From an uncultured Candidatus Marinamargulisbacteria bacterium (lineage in GTDB: Bacteria > Margulisbacteria > Marinamargulisbacteria > UBA817 > CACECR01): 52,821 nt of DNA. This document shows, in pieces, positions 9,815-22,476 of the stretch (positions are counted from its first letter, which is position 1; every line of letters starts with the position of its first letter). The stretch covers positions 1 to 52,821 of the forward strand of contig CACECR010000003.1 of assembly GCA_902558105.1 (NCBI GenBank), written 5' to 3'. The notes under the pieces are model-generated. The model did not search any database. It was given only the letters and a program-made list of their open reading frames with translations, and had not been told where the DNA came from. The position numbers and the translations under genes were made by a program.

Positions 9815-10739
9815 ACCAATTCGTTATATCAGCAACGAACCAAGCCATTGTCATACATTAGGATTAGGCGTATTTGATGGTATTCATTGTGGTCATCAAA
9901 ACATTATTGATCAATGTGATACCATACTCAGTTTTCATCCTCATCCTGACATTGTCTTACGAAAAAATAGTGACCTAAAGTATTTAACAAATGCAACTGA
10001 ACGAGAATATCTTTGCCCAAAAATGTGTATTCTTGAGTTTAATGACACAATAGCTAAAATGACAGCACTCGATTTTTTAGACAGTATCGTGAAACCAATC
10101 CAACCTAAAACCATTGTAGTTGGCTACGACTTTAGATTTGGAGCGAAACGCCAAGGTTGCATACAGTTATTACGGGAATGGGGATCTCAATACGATATTA
10201 ACTGTATCGAAGTTCAACCTATTACGCACACAGATGACACCATCATCAAAAGCTCATTAATTCGCGAACAGCTGCAAAGCGATCCAGACCATGCCATTCA
10301 ATTATTAGGGCATCCTTATATTATTCAAGAGACCGTTATCCGTGGAGATGGACGTGGAAAAACATTAGGGTACCCCACCGCTAACATAAAAATCGATCCT
10401 CAAAAGGCCTACCCAAAAGCCGGCGTTTATTATGGGCAAGTCATCCATCAAAAAACACGATATAACGCGGCCATTTATATTGGAAACCGTCAAACCTTTG
10501 ATAAAAAAGATCAGAGTTGTGAAGTTCACCTTTTTGATCTTAAAAAAGACCTATACAACGACTTACTAACGATTGAAATTCATGGCTACATTCGACCGGA
10601 CCTTAAATTTGAGTCGCCAGAAGAACTCACTCAACAAATTGAAAAAGATATCCTGACTATTCAAACGAAGTGTCAAACGCTTGATTCTGTTGTTCACGAC
10701 GCTGTCGCTCCTGACCAATCCCACCAATCTCATCCATAA
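9801..10739 (+). CDS. ribF: Bifunctional riboflavin kinase/FAD synthetase
   Basis: GVFDGIHCGH, VGYDFRFG, GKTLGYPTAN, EVHLFD. Confidence 0.93.
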   Translation: MPTFKPIRYISNEPSHCHTLGLGVFDGIHCGHQNIIDQCDTILSFHPHPDIVLRKNSDLKYLTNATEREYLCPKMCILEFNDTIAKMTALDFLDSIVKPIQPKTIVVGYDFRFGAKRQGCIQLLREWGSQYDINCIEVQPITHTDDTIIKSSLIREQLQSDPDHAIQLLGHPYIIQETVIRGDGRGKTLGYPTANIKIDPQKAYPKAGVYYGQVIHQKTRYNAAIYIGNRQTFDKKDQSCEVHLFDLKKDLYNDLLTIEIHGYIRPDLKFESPEELTQQIEKDILTIQTKCQTLDSVVHDAVAPDQSHQSHP

Positions 10740-11166
10740 ACTTTGATTCTTCTTTGGTCATCATTTTTTTCCAAAGATCTTTCTTTTTCTCTTTATCTTT
10801 ATCCAACACTTTACGTTCTTTAACCGATTGTACTAAAACATCGCGTTGATCTTCCATCGCTTCTTCAGACTCAACACGTTTTTTTTCTTGCTCAATCACT
10901 TCGTCTTTCAGAATTTCCAAATGTCCCTTTCTTACCTGAACTTGATGAAAATCTATCGTTTGCCCACCAGAAAGTTCCTCACGCAACTCTACATATTTTT
11001 GAGCTTGAAACTCTTTAATTTCTTCTTCTTTTTTCTTTTCTTCTTCAAACTCTTTTTGTTTTTCAACAAATTTTTCTTGCTCTTGTTGTTCTCGTATTTC
11101 ACGAAACTTTAAAACAGCCGCTAAATTATAACGAAACCGCTTACCTTTTTTTGGAGGCTTAGCCAT
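10657..11166 (-). CDS. fliJ: Flagellar export stalk protein FliJ
   Basis: FRYNLAAVLKFRE N-terminal motif, charged coiled coil, E..FMDE near C-terminus; directly after fliI. Confidence 0.85.
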   Translation of the reverse strand: MAKPPKKGKRFRYNLAAVLKFREIREQQEQEKFVEKQKEFEEEKKKEEEIKEFQAQKYVELREELSGGQTIDFHQVQVRKGHLEILKDEVIEQEKKRVESEEAMEDQRDVLVQSVKERKVLDKDKEKKKDLWKKMMTKEESKFMDEIGGIGQERQRREQQNQAFDTSFE

Positions 11167-12470
11167 TAACTAAACATTCCGGTTAACGACGACACCGTTT
11201 CTTCGAACGAAATATTATCTTCAGTTCCTTGCTTAAGTAAATTATTAACTTGGTCAATTTTTTCAACAGCATAGTCAATTTTAGGGTTACTACCCTTAAC
11301 ATAAGCCCCAATATTAATTAAATCTTCAGCTTCTGAATAATTAGCCAACACCTCTCTAAGCTTACCAGCCGAGTCTTTATGTGCATCTTGAGCAACTACC
11401 GACATCAAACGACTTAAACTTGGATTAATATCAATACATGGATAATGATTTCGAGAAGCTAGATCTCGAGATAAAATAATATGTCCATCTAAAATACCTC
11501 TCGCCGCATCCGCGATCGGCTCTTCCATATCACTTCCCTCAACTAATACGGTATATAAAGCCGTAATAGATCCTTTATCTGAAGTTCCAGCCCGCTCCAT
11601 TAAACGAGGTAACATCGCAAATACAGATGGCGTGTATCCTTTGGTCGTTGGAGGTTCACCTGTAGCTAATCCAATTTCACGCTGTGCCATCGCAAAACGT
11701 GTCACGGAGTCCATCATAAAAAATACTTTTTTACCTTGATCACGAAAATATTCAGCAATGGCGGTACCCACCATCGCACCTTTCAATCGAATAACCGGTG
11801 GCTGATCCGAGGTTGCACAAATAACCACCGATCGTTTGAGACCTTCCTCACCCAGGGACTCTTCGATAAAATCCTTTACCTCTCGGCCCCGTTCACCAAC
11901 AAGTGCAATAACATTCACTTCAGCTTCACAATTCCTGGCTAGCATCCCCATTAAAGTACTTTTTCCGACACCAGAACCTGCAAAAATTCCAACACGTTGA
12001 CCCTGGCCTAGCGTTAATAAACCATCAATCGCCTTCACCCCTACTTTTAAAACTTCTGAAATCCTTGGACGTTTAATAGGATCCGGTGGATCACGATCAA
12101 TGTCATATAATGCTTCGTAGGGAAAATCCCCCTTTCCATCAGCAGGACGACCCAAACCATCCAAAACTCGACCCAACATTTCAGGACCCACTTTCACTGA
12201 GATAGGACGACCCGTAGGATATACCCGACTTCCAGGTCGAATCCCTGAAATTTGACCAAGTGGCATTAATAATACTTTATCTTTTTGAAAACCAACCACT
12301 TCGCCTTCAATCGTGCGAGTAGAATCTACTTCAATCTGACAAAGCTCCCCAATAGACACACCTTGTACTTGAGCTTCAATCACTAAACCCACTACCTGAA
12401 TCACTTTCCCAACAACTCGAACCAAGTCCAAGCGGTTAATGACATCATGATAGTCTGAAAAGTTAATCAT
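11166..12470 (-). CDS. fliI: Flagellar/type III export ATPase FliI
   Basis: GIFAGSGVGKST Walker A, GERGREV, MDSVTRFAMAQREIGL, ILDGHI. Confidence 0.95.
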   Translation of the reverse strand: MINFSDYHDVINRLDLVRVVGKVIQVVGLVIEAQVQGVSIGELCQIEVDSTRTIEGEVVGFQKDKVLLMPLGQISGIRPGSRVYPTGRPISVKVGPEMLGRVLDGLGRPADGKGDFPYEALYDIDRDPPDPIKRPRISEVLKVGVKAIDGLLTLGQGQRVGIFAGSGVGKSTLMGMLARNCEAEVNVIALVGERGREVKDFIEESLGEEGLKRSVVICATSDQPPVIRLKGAMVGTAIAEYFRDQGKKVFFMMDSVTRFAMAQREIGLATGEPPTTKGYTPSVFAMLPRLMERAGTSDKGSITALYTVLVEGSDMEEPIADAARGILDGHIILSRDLASRNHYPCIDINPSLSRLMSVVAQDAHKDSAGKLREVLANYSEAEDLINIGAYVKGSNPKIDYAVEKIDQVNNLLKQGTEDNISFEETVSSLTGMFS

Positions 12471-13272
12471 GATCTTGTGTCAATCTAACCTTCTTAAACG
12501 CATCTTCAATAATAGAAATCTTCATCGGAAGTCTGGCATCGACAAATCCATAATCCGTTTCCAATATACAACTACCAAAATCTAAACTATGATCTTCTTC
12601 AACAGTGACCGAACGAACCGTTGAAAACTTTTGCTCAAATTCAACACTCGATTCTCGAATAAAGGCCACATCTTCTGGATTCGCACGTATCACAACTTTA
12701 TCAGACGATGAAATTTTTTGAAAAGCTTCGTCTAAAACTGTTTTTAAACTAGCACGACTGGCAGATAATTGAGCTCCTAACATTTTTTCAGCTATCCGAA
12801 TCGATAGATTTAAGATACCTTCTTGAGACTCATTTAAAATTTTATCTCGTTCAACAGCTAAGGTCTCAATCGCGTCATCAAAAGCAGAAAGCTTCTCTGT
12901 AATTTGACCTTCTAATTCAGATTTAGCCGCTTGATAGCCTTTATCATACGCCTCTTTTTCTAAACGTTCCGCTTCTTCTGTAGATAATCCATCTGGCTCC
13001 ACAATATCCTGACTTTGATACAAGTCATGATCATAACGATCTAAATTAACATCTGAAATTGGAGTAGACTCTATTGTCTGTTGAATGGGTTCTTCAGTTT
13101 GAAGAGCAACAGCTGATTTTGTTTCTGAAAGAGAGGGGACTGTTACAGTTAATCGTGAGTTTAATGTTGGTTTTTTTAATACACTCATTGACTCAGACGC
13201 CTCTGACTTAAGAGGAGAAATCTTCCGATCTTCTTTCGGCAAATTATACTCTGACTGTTTTAATAATCCCAT
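12463..13272 (-). CDS. fliH: Flagellar assembly protein FliH
   Basis: AYDKGYQAA repeat-like segment, IRANPED, GSCILETDYGFVDA C-terminal domain; overlaps the fliI start. Confidence 0.88.
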   Translation of the reverse strand: MGLLKQSEYNLPKEDRKISPLKSEASESMSVLKKPTLNSRLTVTVPSLSETKSAVALQTEEPIQQTIESTPISDVNLDRYDHDLYQSQDIVEPDGLSTEEAERLEKEAYDKGYQAAKSELEGQITEKLSAFDDAIETLAVERDKILNESQEGILNLSIRIAEKMLGAQLSASRASLKTVLDEAFQKISSSDKVVIRANPEDVAFIRESSVEFEQKFSTVRSVTVEEDHSLDFGSCILETDYGFVDARLPMKISIIEDAFKKVRLTQDHD

Positions 13273-13391
13273 ATGATATAGTATACCAATAAAACGCTAT
13301 TAAGAGAATGTAAGAATTCACTCCTAAATCCTGGGTTTTTCATACAATCTCATGATATACTTATCGTTAGATTTAATTTTTTCTAAACATC

Positions 13392-14177
13392 ATGCTAAAT
13401 TATCCATCTATTAATCCAACGGCACTCAGCATCGGACCCCTATCTATTCAATGGTACGGACTTATGTACATTATTGGTATTGTGCTAGGCACTCAATTTT
13501 GTAAATCATTTTTATTATCACTTAAATTTAGTCTAAATGAAATTTACGACCTAATCAGCTATATCGTATTGGGTCTTATTATTGGAGGTCGTCTTGGTTA
13601 TGTTATCTTCTACAACCTACCATACTACTTAGAGAACCCTGGCAAAATTATCGCGATTTGGGAAGGTGGAATGTCCTACCATGGTGGAGCAATCGGATGT
13701 ATTGTGACCATCATGATTTGTGCCAAACTCTATAAAAAAGATGTATTTAGCTTACTCGATTTAATGGCCATCGGCTCTACTTTTGGAGTTTTTTTTGGTC
13801 GAATCGGTAACTTTATTAATGGAGAACTGTATGGACGAGTGACAAACTCCTGGGTTGGAATGGTTTTTCCAAACGGTGGCCCAGAGCCTAGACACCCCTC
13901 TCAGTTATATGAAGCTTTTTTTGAGGGATTTGTGGCCTTTCTTGTATTATGGATTGTGTTAAAAAAATTCAATTTGAAACCAGGCTACTTATTTTCAATT
14001 AATTGTTTGTTATATGGAGGTTTCCGTTTTCTACTGGAGCAATTTAGAGAACCCGATGCCCACTTAGGATTTATTGCCGGACCCTTAACCATGGGTCAAT
14101 GTTTAAGCATTCTAGCCATTAGTATTGGATTAGGGGTGTCTCACTATCTCTTTCATCATCGTTATAAACACACATGA
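13392..14177 (+). CDS. lgt: Prolipoprotein diacylglyceryl transferase
   Basis: WYGLMY, GGRLGYV, GGMSYHGG, GRIGNFINGE, RHPSQLYE. Confidence 0.97.
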   Translation: MLNYPSINPTALSIGPLSIQWYGLMYIIGIVLGTQFCKSFLLSLKFSLNEIYDLISYIVLGLIIGGRLGYVIFYNLPYYLENPGKIIAIWEGGMSYHGGAIGCIVTIMICAKLYKKDVFSLLDLMAIGSTFGVFFGRIGNFINGELYGRVTNSWVGMVFPNGGPEPRHPSQLYEAFFEGFVAFLVLWIVLKKFNLKPGYLFSINCLLYGGFRFLLEQFREPDAHLGFIAGPLTMGQCLSILAISIGLGVSHYLFHHRYKHT

Positions 14178-14676
14178 AGACCTACTATTTAGAAAAAAAT
14201 ATAGCCTTAAAATCTGAAACACTTAAACCTGGCTGGCTAAAACGAACGCTACAAAAAACAGAAGAAGGAATATGCGCCTTTGAAGGAGAGTATTACCCAC
14301 TCAATCCAGACCATCCTGAACTCAGTCAAAAATTAAGTAATTGCCTCCACATTATATCTGAACATAAAAGTGTGAATTATAAGGAAACGGTCACCTTAAT
14401 GGAATGCTTATTACTCCATCTCAACCAAGTACTCGACACCGAACTCAATTTTAAGGACAATACTATTTTACTTGAGAATAAATTACTAGGATATTACCAA
14501 GTACATACTCGATTTCGATCCGGTTTGATTCATATTATGTTATTTAACACCCCTCAAGAAGAAGAGGAATCAGATATTCTGTCATTATGTGATTATGATA
14601 TCAATGCAAAATCAACTGGACTGAATGTGATCCAAAAGTTTAATGACAGTATTCATCGAATTATAAAAGGTAGTAA

Positions 14677-14680
<4 letters not shown>
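14174..14680 (+). CDS. Divergent DUF366-like protein (BPL/LplA-like fold)
   Basis: Size and spacing of L.P.W, ICAF.G, LHIISEH and LIH motifs resemble DUF366 from memory; degenerate. Confidence 0.45.
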
Positions 14681-17455
<2,775 letters not shown>

Positions 17456-17456
17456 T

Positions 17457-18227
17457 TTACGGGGTTCGTGCTTTAAGAAGTCCTAAACTTATCACCCATG
17501 TCAAAATTAAACATAAGATGATAGCGATACTAGGTGGTAGATTGAGAAAAAAGGATAAAAACAACCCACATACAGACGATAAAACAGAAACCCCATAAGA
17601 CGTAAACAATTGACGTTTAAATGAAAGTTTAAATGAACTCACTGTTAAAATAGGTAAAACTAAATAACTAAACACTAACAATAGTCCCACTAATTTAACC
17701 GAAGACGTGACAATAAACCCGAATAATCCATAAAATAAAAATAGAGAAAGCAAGTGATGCTGATTGGCAATTATTTGATGAACGTTAAACAAAATTATCG
17801 AAATCACTCCATACAAAATAGTGGTGACAATAGCCTCTAAAGGAGTGACAAACAGTAATTGTCCTGAGAGCATTTCATGAAAATGATGTCCTTCCATTCC
17901 AGTCAAAGATACAACAGAAACCGCCACCGTAATACCGGTTAAGTACAAGACCCCAATCACGGCCTCTTGCTTATCATCCGAAATTAACGGCTTTAACGCA
18001 ATTAAAATGAGTGCCGCTAAGATCGTAAATAAAAAGGCAATAATAAATGAACTAACGGGTGAATCCACATGAAAAAAGTGAGCCACCAAATAACCCAAAG
18101 CTGCCCACTGGGCCATCGCCAAATCAATAAATAAAATACCTCGATTTAATACAAAGTAACCAAAATACGCATGAATCCCAGCAAGAACACAACACGTTAA
18201 TAATGGCCAAAGTAACAAATCAATCAC
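17457..18227 (-). CDS. Metal (Zn/Mn) ABC transporter permease, ZnuB-like
   Basis: Multi-TM; RGILFIDLAMAQ, VKLVGLLLVFSYLVLP pattern of the ABC-3 family. Confidence 0.88.
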   Translation of the reverse strand: MIDLLLWPLLTCCVLAGIHAYFGYFVLNRGILFIDLAMAQWAALGYLVAHFFHVDSPVSSFIIAFLFTILAALILIALKPLISDDKQEAVIGVLYLTGITVAVSVVSLTGMEGHHFHEMLSGQLLFVTPLEAIVTTILYGVISIILFNVHQIIANQHHLLSLFLFYGLFGFIVTSSVKLVGLLLVFSYLVLPILTVSSFKLSFKRQLFTSYGVSVLSSVCGLFLSFFLNLPPSIAIILCLILTWVISLGLLKARTP

Positions 18228-19117
18228 TGAGTCATATCCACTACAAGTCGATCAAACAACTTAAAATAAGCCTCTTTATCCTCCGTTTCTGAATTGGTAA
18301 TAAGAGGTGAAAATGACGCCTTAAATAAGTTGGCCGATTCTCTGCACACTTTTTGTGGGTAATATACCGCACATATTATTTTAGATTTTGATTGAGAAAC
18401 TTTACCTTTCAACTCATTCAGATGCCGAACACTAGGTGGAACACCCGGTACTGGCTCTAATGTCGCTAAAAAATTCAACTCAAAGGCATCTACAAAATAA
18501 GACCAAACCAAATGATAACTAAGTATAAGATCTGATTTCAAAGGAGATAACTTAGATGACCAAGTCGAAAATTTCGACATTAACTCTTTCTCAAATTGCT
18601 GATAATTCGTATTAAAAAGATCAGCTGAACTTGGATCCAGCTGTGACAAACGATCTCGAATTAACGCCGCTATTTTGAGTCCATTTTGAGGGTCTAACCA
18701 ATAATGTGGATTACCCTCAATATGAATATCACCATGACGACCATCAATTTGACCGGTTGGAACTTCTAGAGCATTAATAACAAGTGAGGGATCAACGTAT
18801 CCCGGTTTGTTTGGAAATAACTTCGAGTTTCGAGCAACCTCAATTAAACCATCAATCCACTTGTCTTGAGACATACCCAAGCGAATAAGCATATCAGCAT
18901 CGCGAACACTAAGTACCATGGATGGCTTAGCCTGAATATCATGAAGATTTCGACTGCCATTCACTAAAACAGATACCTTGACTCGATCCCCCCCAATATA
19001 ATTTGCAATAGATGCAAAATCGTTAGTAATTGAGACCACTCTCAAAGGAGTGGCCACAACTACTGTAGATAGTAATAAAAAAGTTAAAAATAACGATTTA
19101 AGATTACTGTAAAACAT
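18224..19117 (-). CDS. Metal ABC transporter substrate-binding protein, ZnuA-like
   Basis: Signal peptide, NLHDI, GDIHIEGNPHYWLDP, YH..W.YF; start uncertain (19117 or 19138). Confidence 0.9.
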   Translation of the reverse strand: MFYSNLKSLFLTFLLLSTVVVATPLRVVSITNDFASIANYIGGDRVKVSVLVNGSRNLHDIQAKPSMVLSVRDADMLIRLGMSQDKWIDGLIEVARNSKLFPNKPGYVDPSLVINALEVPTGQIDGRHGDIHIEGNPHYWLDPQNGLKIAALIRDRLSQLDPSSADLFNTNYQQFEKELMSKFSTWSSKLSPLKSDLILSYHLVWSYFVDAFELNFLATLEPVPGVPPSVRHLNELKGKVSQSKSKIICAVYYPQKVCRESANLFKASFSPLITNSETEDKEAYFKLFDRLVVDMTQ

Positions 19118-20225
19118 GAGAATGAGGTCCCATACCAAATATAAATTGAACTAATGTAACATTTTCAGCATTTGGATTGTCATTCACATTGTGCTGAATT
19201 CTAAATTTAGAGGTTTCTGTTAATTGACGAGTAATTTGATAGGCAACTTGAGTTACATCTTCCCCTTCATCACCATGCTTACCTAAACTAGAATAACGTA
19301 CCCCTGCAGAATATAATTTTGAAAAATTAAATAACGTTGTAAATACAAATCCATCTTGAGTTTCACGAGCTGCAGCTTCTTCGCCTTCTTCGCCTTCTTC
19401 GCCATACTTAGCTTGAAACCACTCAACTTGGAAATCTAACGATTTATTATTAGATAACTCACGAACTAAGTTAACATCAAACGCCATAATAGCTGATTTA
19501 TCATTATCTTCATCCGCATTAAAGTTAGACGTTAAAGAAGATAAACCAACACTCACTTCACTCGCATTACCTATTTTAAATGAATTCCAAAGGCGAGCAT
19601 GTAACATAGCGTTTTCATGTTCAACACCATGAGCTTCATCATCTCCCTCTTCTTCAGCTCCCCCTTCATGGCCATGAGCACTAACAGCGGTCCAGTAACC
19701 AACCTCTAGTTGAGAAAAGAAAGGTAATGGTAATAAGTACGCTAACTGTCCACCTTGTCCGGCTAATCCGTGACCTTCACCAAAAAATTTTTGATGAACC
19801 ACTGGACGATCTACAAATGCCCACTGTTCTGGATGCAATGCGTTTAATCTGCCCACAGCTAATAATTTTTGTCCAACCATCGCACCTAATGGTAAGTTAA
19901 TTGAACTATTTGGAAATAATGTAGCGGGTAAGGACATGAATGTTACGTAGGCTTCTTCTAAAGATACTTCATATCCACCTTCTTCTTCACCTTCTTCATG
20001 CTTTCCTAAACCTATAAAAACATCCGCTTTAACACCCGGATATAAATAATGCTGAAACGAAAGTTCAACTTCCTCTACACCAAAGGAACGAGCTCCATCA
20101 ACATTTTGACCCACAAAATTACCAATTAAAGAAATATTTGGCAAAGAGGTGGCTGTTTTTTCTTGAGCGGTTAAACCAAAAGAAAAAAACAACGTTACTA
20201 TAATAAATTTTAAAAATTTAGACAT
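19104..20225 (-). CDS. Zinc-regulated outer-membrane beta-barrel protein with His/Glu-rich loops
   Basis: Signal peptide, amphipathic strands, N.LHP.QW.FVDRP, C-terminal F.MGPHSH; HGHE/HE/GEE acidic loops. Confidence 0.75.
   Translation of the reverse strand: MSKFLKFIIVTLFFSFGLTAQEKTATSLPNISLIGNFVGQNVDGARSFGVEEVELSFQHYLYPGVKADVFIGLGKHEEGEEEGGYEVSLEEAYVTFMSLPATLFPNSSINLPLGAMVGQKLLAVGRLNALHPEQWAFVDRPVVHQKFFGEGHGLAGQGGQLAYLLPLPFFSQLEVGYWTAVSAHGHEGGAEEEGDDEAHGVEHENAMLHARLWNSFKIGNASEVSVGLSSLTSNFNADEDNDKSAIMAFDVNLVRELSNNKSLDFQVEWFQAKYGEEGEEGEEAAARETQDGFVFTTLFNFSKLYSAGVRYSSLGKHGDEGEDVTQVAYQITRQLTETSKFRIQHNVNDNPNAENVTLVQFIFGMGPHSHVLQ
19377..19403. repeat. In-frame 9-bp tandem repeat x3 (GEE-GEE-GEE)
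   Basis: TTCTTCGCC x3 inside the outer-membrane protein gene. Confidence 0.9.
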
Positions 20226-20281
20226 AAGTCCTCCAATCTAATAAATACAATAAAAAAATACATGTCTATAGGCGTTCCTCA

Positions 20282-20310
20282 ACTATACAATGATATTACG
20301 CTAGATTCAA
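20282..20310 (-). promoter_or_regulatory. Sigma70-type promoter for OMP-SBP-permease genes
   Basis: Minus strand TTGAAT-N17-TATAGT. Confidence 0.5.
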
Positions 20311-20327
20311 ATTCAGTAGTCAAACTC

Positions 20328-21551
20328 TTAATTTGACACCGTTTCCTCTTCTTCCACTAATTCCCAAGGATGTATTGGGTCATCATACTGTTGCCAACCA
20401 TCTGGACCTTCCTGAAACTCATCGTCTGTTAACAAACACGCATCAATTTTAGCTCTTAACGCATCTTTATCAACATCTGTTCCAATAAATACAAGTTCTT
20501 GGCGACGATCCCCATAAGGCTCTTCCCAATTCTCTCGAATATCATTCACAGTTTCTTCGTCATCTAAGTTCCATTCATGCTTAGGAACAGCGGCCCACCA
20601 TTTACCGGCTGGAGAAATTTCAGCTAATTTACCCGCCACATTTACATGCCCCACAAAGTCCATCCGACTCGCTAGCCAAAAATAACCTTTAACACGATAA
20701 ATACCTGATAAATCGGATTGAAAAAAATCTAAAAATCGTTTGGGATGAAACGGGCGCTTCGATTTATAACTAATACTAGAAATATTATACTCTTCTGTTT
20801 CAGGAATATGCTCCCCTCTCATTTCTTTAAGCCATCCTGGAGACTGAGACGCTTTTTCAAAATCAAACAATCCCGTATTTAGAACAGACTCTAAAGGAAC
20901 ATCCGAATAATTAGTATCAATACATTGTGCATCTGGGTTTAAGGCTTTAATGACACCTTTAATTTTTGAAAGATGCTCTGGCTTAACTTCACTACTCTTA
21001 TTTAATAAAATAATGTTAGCAAATTCAATTTGATCCACTAATAAATCTACAATCGTTCGTTCATCATCATCACCTAACGATTCTCCACGATCTTTAAGAG
21101 ACTCCATAGAGTCTAAATTATCAAAGAAATGAGCGCAATCCACAACCGTCACCATGGTATCTAGCTCCGCAAAGTTCGATAACGAATTCCCCTCTTCATC
21201 TTCAAATGTAAATGTTTCAGCGACGGGAAGAGGTTCACTAATACCAGTAGATTCAATCACAAGGTAGTCAAAACGATTTTCTTTGGCTAACTTTTCAATT
21301 TCAATCAATAAATCTTCGCGTAGAGTACAGCAAATACATCCATTCGACATCTCGACTAATTTTTCTTCCGTCCGGCTTAAGCTAGCTTCTCCATTTTGAA
21401 TAAACTGAGCATCAATATTCACCTCAGACATATCATTAACGATAACCGCTACTTTTAAATCATTACGATTATTTAAAATTCGATTTAATAACGTCGTTTT
21501 TCCTGATCCAAGGAAGCCTGACAAGACTGTAACTGGTAATTTTTTTGACAT
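20328..21551 (-). CDS. COG0523/CobW-family zinc metallochaperone GTPase (ZigA/YciC-like)
   Basis: SGFLGSGKTT, GCICC metal motif, ESTG, CobW_C with GDRRQELVFIG. Confidence 0.95.
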   Translation of the reverse strand: MSKKLPVTVLSGFLGSGKTTLLNRILNNRNDLKVAVIVNDMSEVNIDAQFIQNGEASLSRTEEKLVEMSNGCICCTLREDLLIEIEKLAKENRFDYLVIESTGISEPLPVAETFTFEDEEGNSLSNFAELDTMVTVVDCAHFFDNLDSMESLKDRGESLGDDDERTIVDLLVDQIEFANIILLNKSSEVKPEHLSKIKGVIKALNPDAQCIDTNYSDVPLESVLNTGLFDFEKASQSPGWLKEMRGEHIPETEEYNISSISYKSKRPFHPKRFLDFFQSDLSGIYRVKGYFWLASRMDFVGHVNVAGKLAEISPAGKWWAAVPKHEWNLDDEETVNDIRENWEEPYGDRRQELVFIGTDVDKDALRAKIDACLLTDDEFQEGPDGWQQYDDPIHPWELVEEEETVSN

Positions 21552-21579
21552 TAAAGACTCCTAAATTAAATTAAGAGAA

Positions 21580-21617
21580 AGTATAATAGAAAGACATTAA
21601 AATTGCAACTGAGTTGC
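21580..21617 (-). promoter_or_regulatory. Promoter with overlapping palindromic operator (Fur-family/Zur candidate)
   Basis: Minus strand TTGCAA-N17-TATACT; perfect GCAACT-G-AGTTGC palindrome at 21605-21617 overlaps the -35. Confidence 0.65.
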
Positions 21618-21635
21618 TTTAATAAAAGATTTACA

Positions 21636-22373
21636 TTAAATAGAAATCTCATGCTCTTTTAAAACAAGAGGTAACTGTGAAAAATCTATTAAGTTTAATA
21701 TATTTTGACGATCATTAGTTAAAAAGTCATACGTTAACTGTTGATAAGATGTGATATCAGTAGGAAATGAATAAGACTTTTTAGGAAAATTTTTCTTTTT
21801 AGTAACAACTCCTAAGCCAAAATCAAAATCTAAAACTGAAACATTAAGTTCTGGATAATTATCTTTTAAAAAAGGAATTACCTTCCAAGTATCCCCACAC
21901 CAAGAGCCTGTCCAACCACCATCATGTTTGGCTAACAAGTTTTGCTTGGCGTCTTCAAGTGACGTTCCAATAGTGGCTGATACCTCTGTTGGAGGACTGC
22001 AATCATGTAAAACAATGACACCATTTTCTGGCAAATAGTTTAATATATTCAACACATCTTGAAGAGTTTGTTCAAAAGTATGCAAGCCATCAATAAACAC
22101 TAACTGAGGTGGCTCATGAGATAGTGTATCATGATACAAGTCAAAATAACGGTCACTTGTTAATTCGATATATTGATTATTTTGATTATTGGAATCTCTT
22201 AAAATTGATTTAAGCTTCTTCCAGAAAGAAATTTGGATGTGTGGATCAACACAGATTTTACGAGGAACATTTAATTGTAAAAAACAGTCACCTTTAAATA
22301 CACCAATTTCTAGATATCTATCAACATTTAAATTATCAACTAAAAGCTGAATCAAAAACACTCTATCGATCAT
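21636..22373 (-). CDS. Class I SAM-dependent methyltransferase (Methyltransf_24-like)
   Basis: YLEIGV..G, VFIDGLH, GVIVLHD motifs. Confidence 0.85.
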   Translation of the reverse strand: MIDRVFLIQLLVDNLNVDRYLEIGVFKGDCFLQLNVPRKICVDPHIQISFWKKLKSILRDSNNQNNQYIELTSDRYFDLYHDTLSHEPPQLVFIDGLHTFEQTLQDVLNILNYLPENGVIVLHDCSPPTEVSATIGTSLEDAKQNLLAKHDGGWTGSWCGDTWKVIPFLKDNYPELNVSVLDFDFGLGVVTKKKNFPKKSYSFPTDITSYQQLTYDFLTNDRQNILNLIDFSQLPLVLKEHEISI

Positions 22374-22426
22374 TAATTTACAATAACAAAGACATCTTAG
22401 TATATCAACAAAGAGTCCATGGATTG

Positions 22427-22455
22427 AAAAAAACGACCCAGCTGGATCGCTTTTT
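22427..22455 (-). terminator. Rho-independent terminator of groESL (possibly bidirectional)
   Basis: Minus strand GCGATCC-AGCT-GGGTCGT followed by a T run; T5 on the opposite strand. Confidence 0.8.
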
Positions 22456-22476
22456 CTAATATTTAGGTCAGTTGCC

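Noticed and set aside
10657-13272. Non-flagellar injectisome (SctL/SctN/SctO)
   Set aside because: FliJ-type N-terminal motif and H-I-J order fit flagellar export; no other injectisome genes in the window. A phylogeny would be needed to overturn this.
20288-20304. Second Zur box (CGTAATATCATTG) in the OMP promoter spacer
   Set aside because: Only half-site resemblance, poor symmetry, and unlike the palindrome at 21605-21617.
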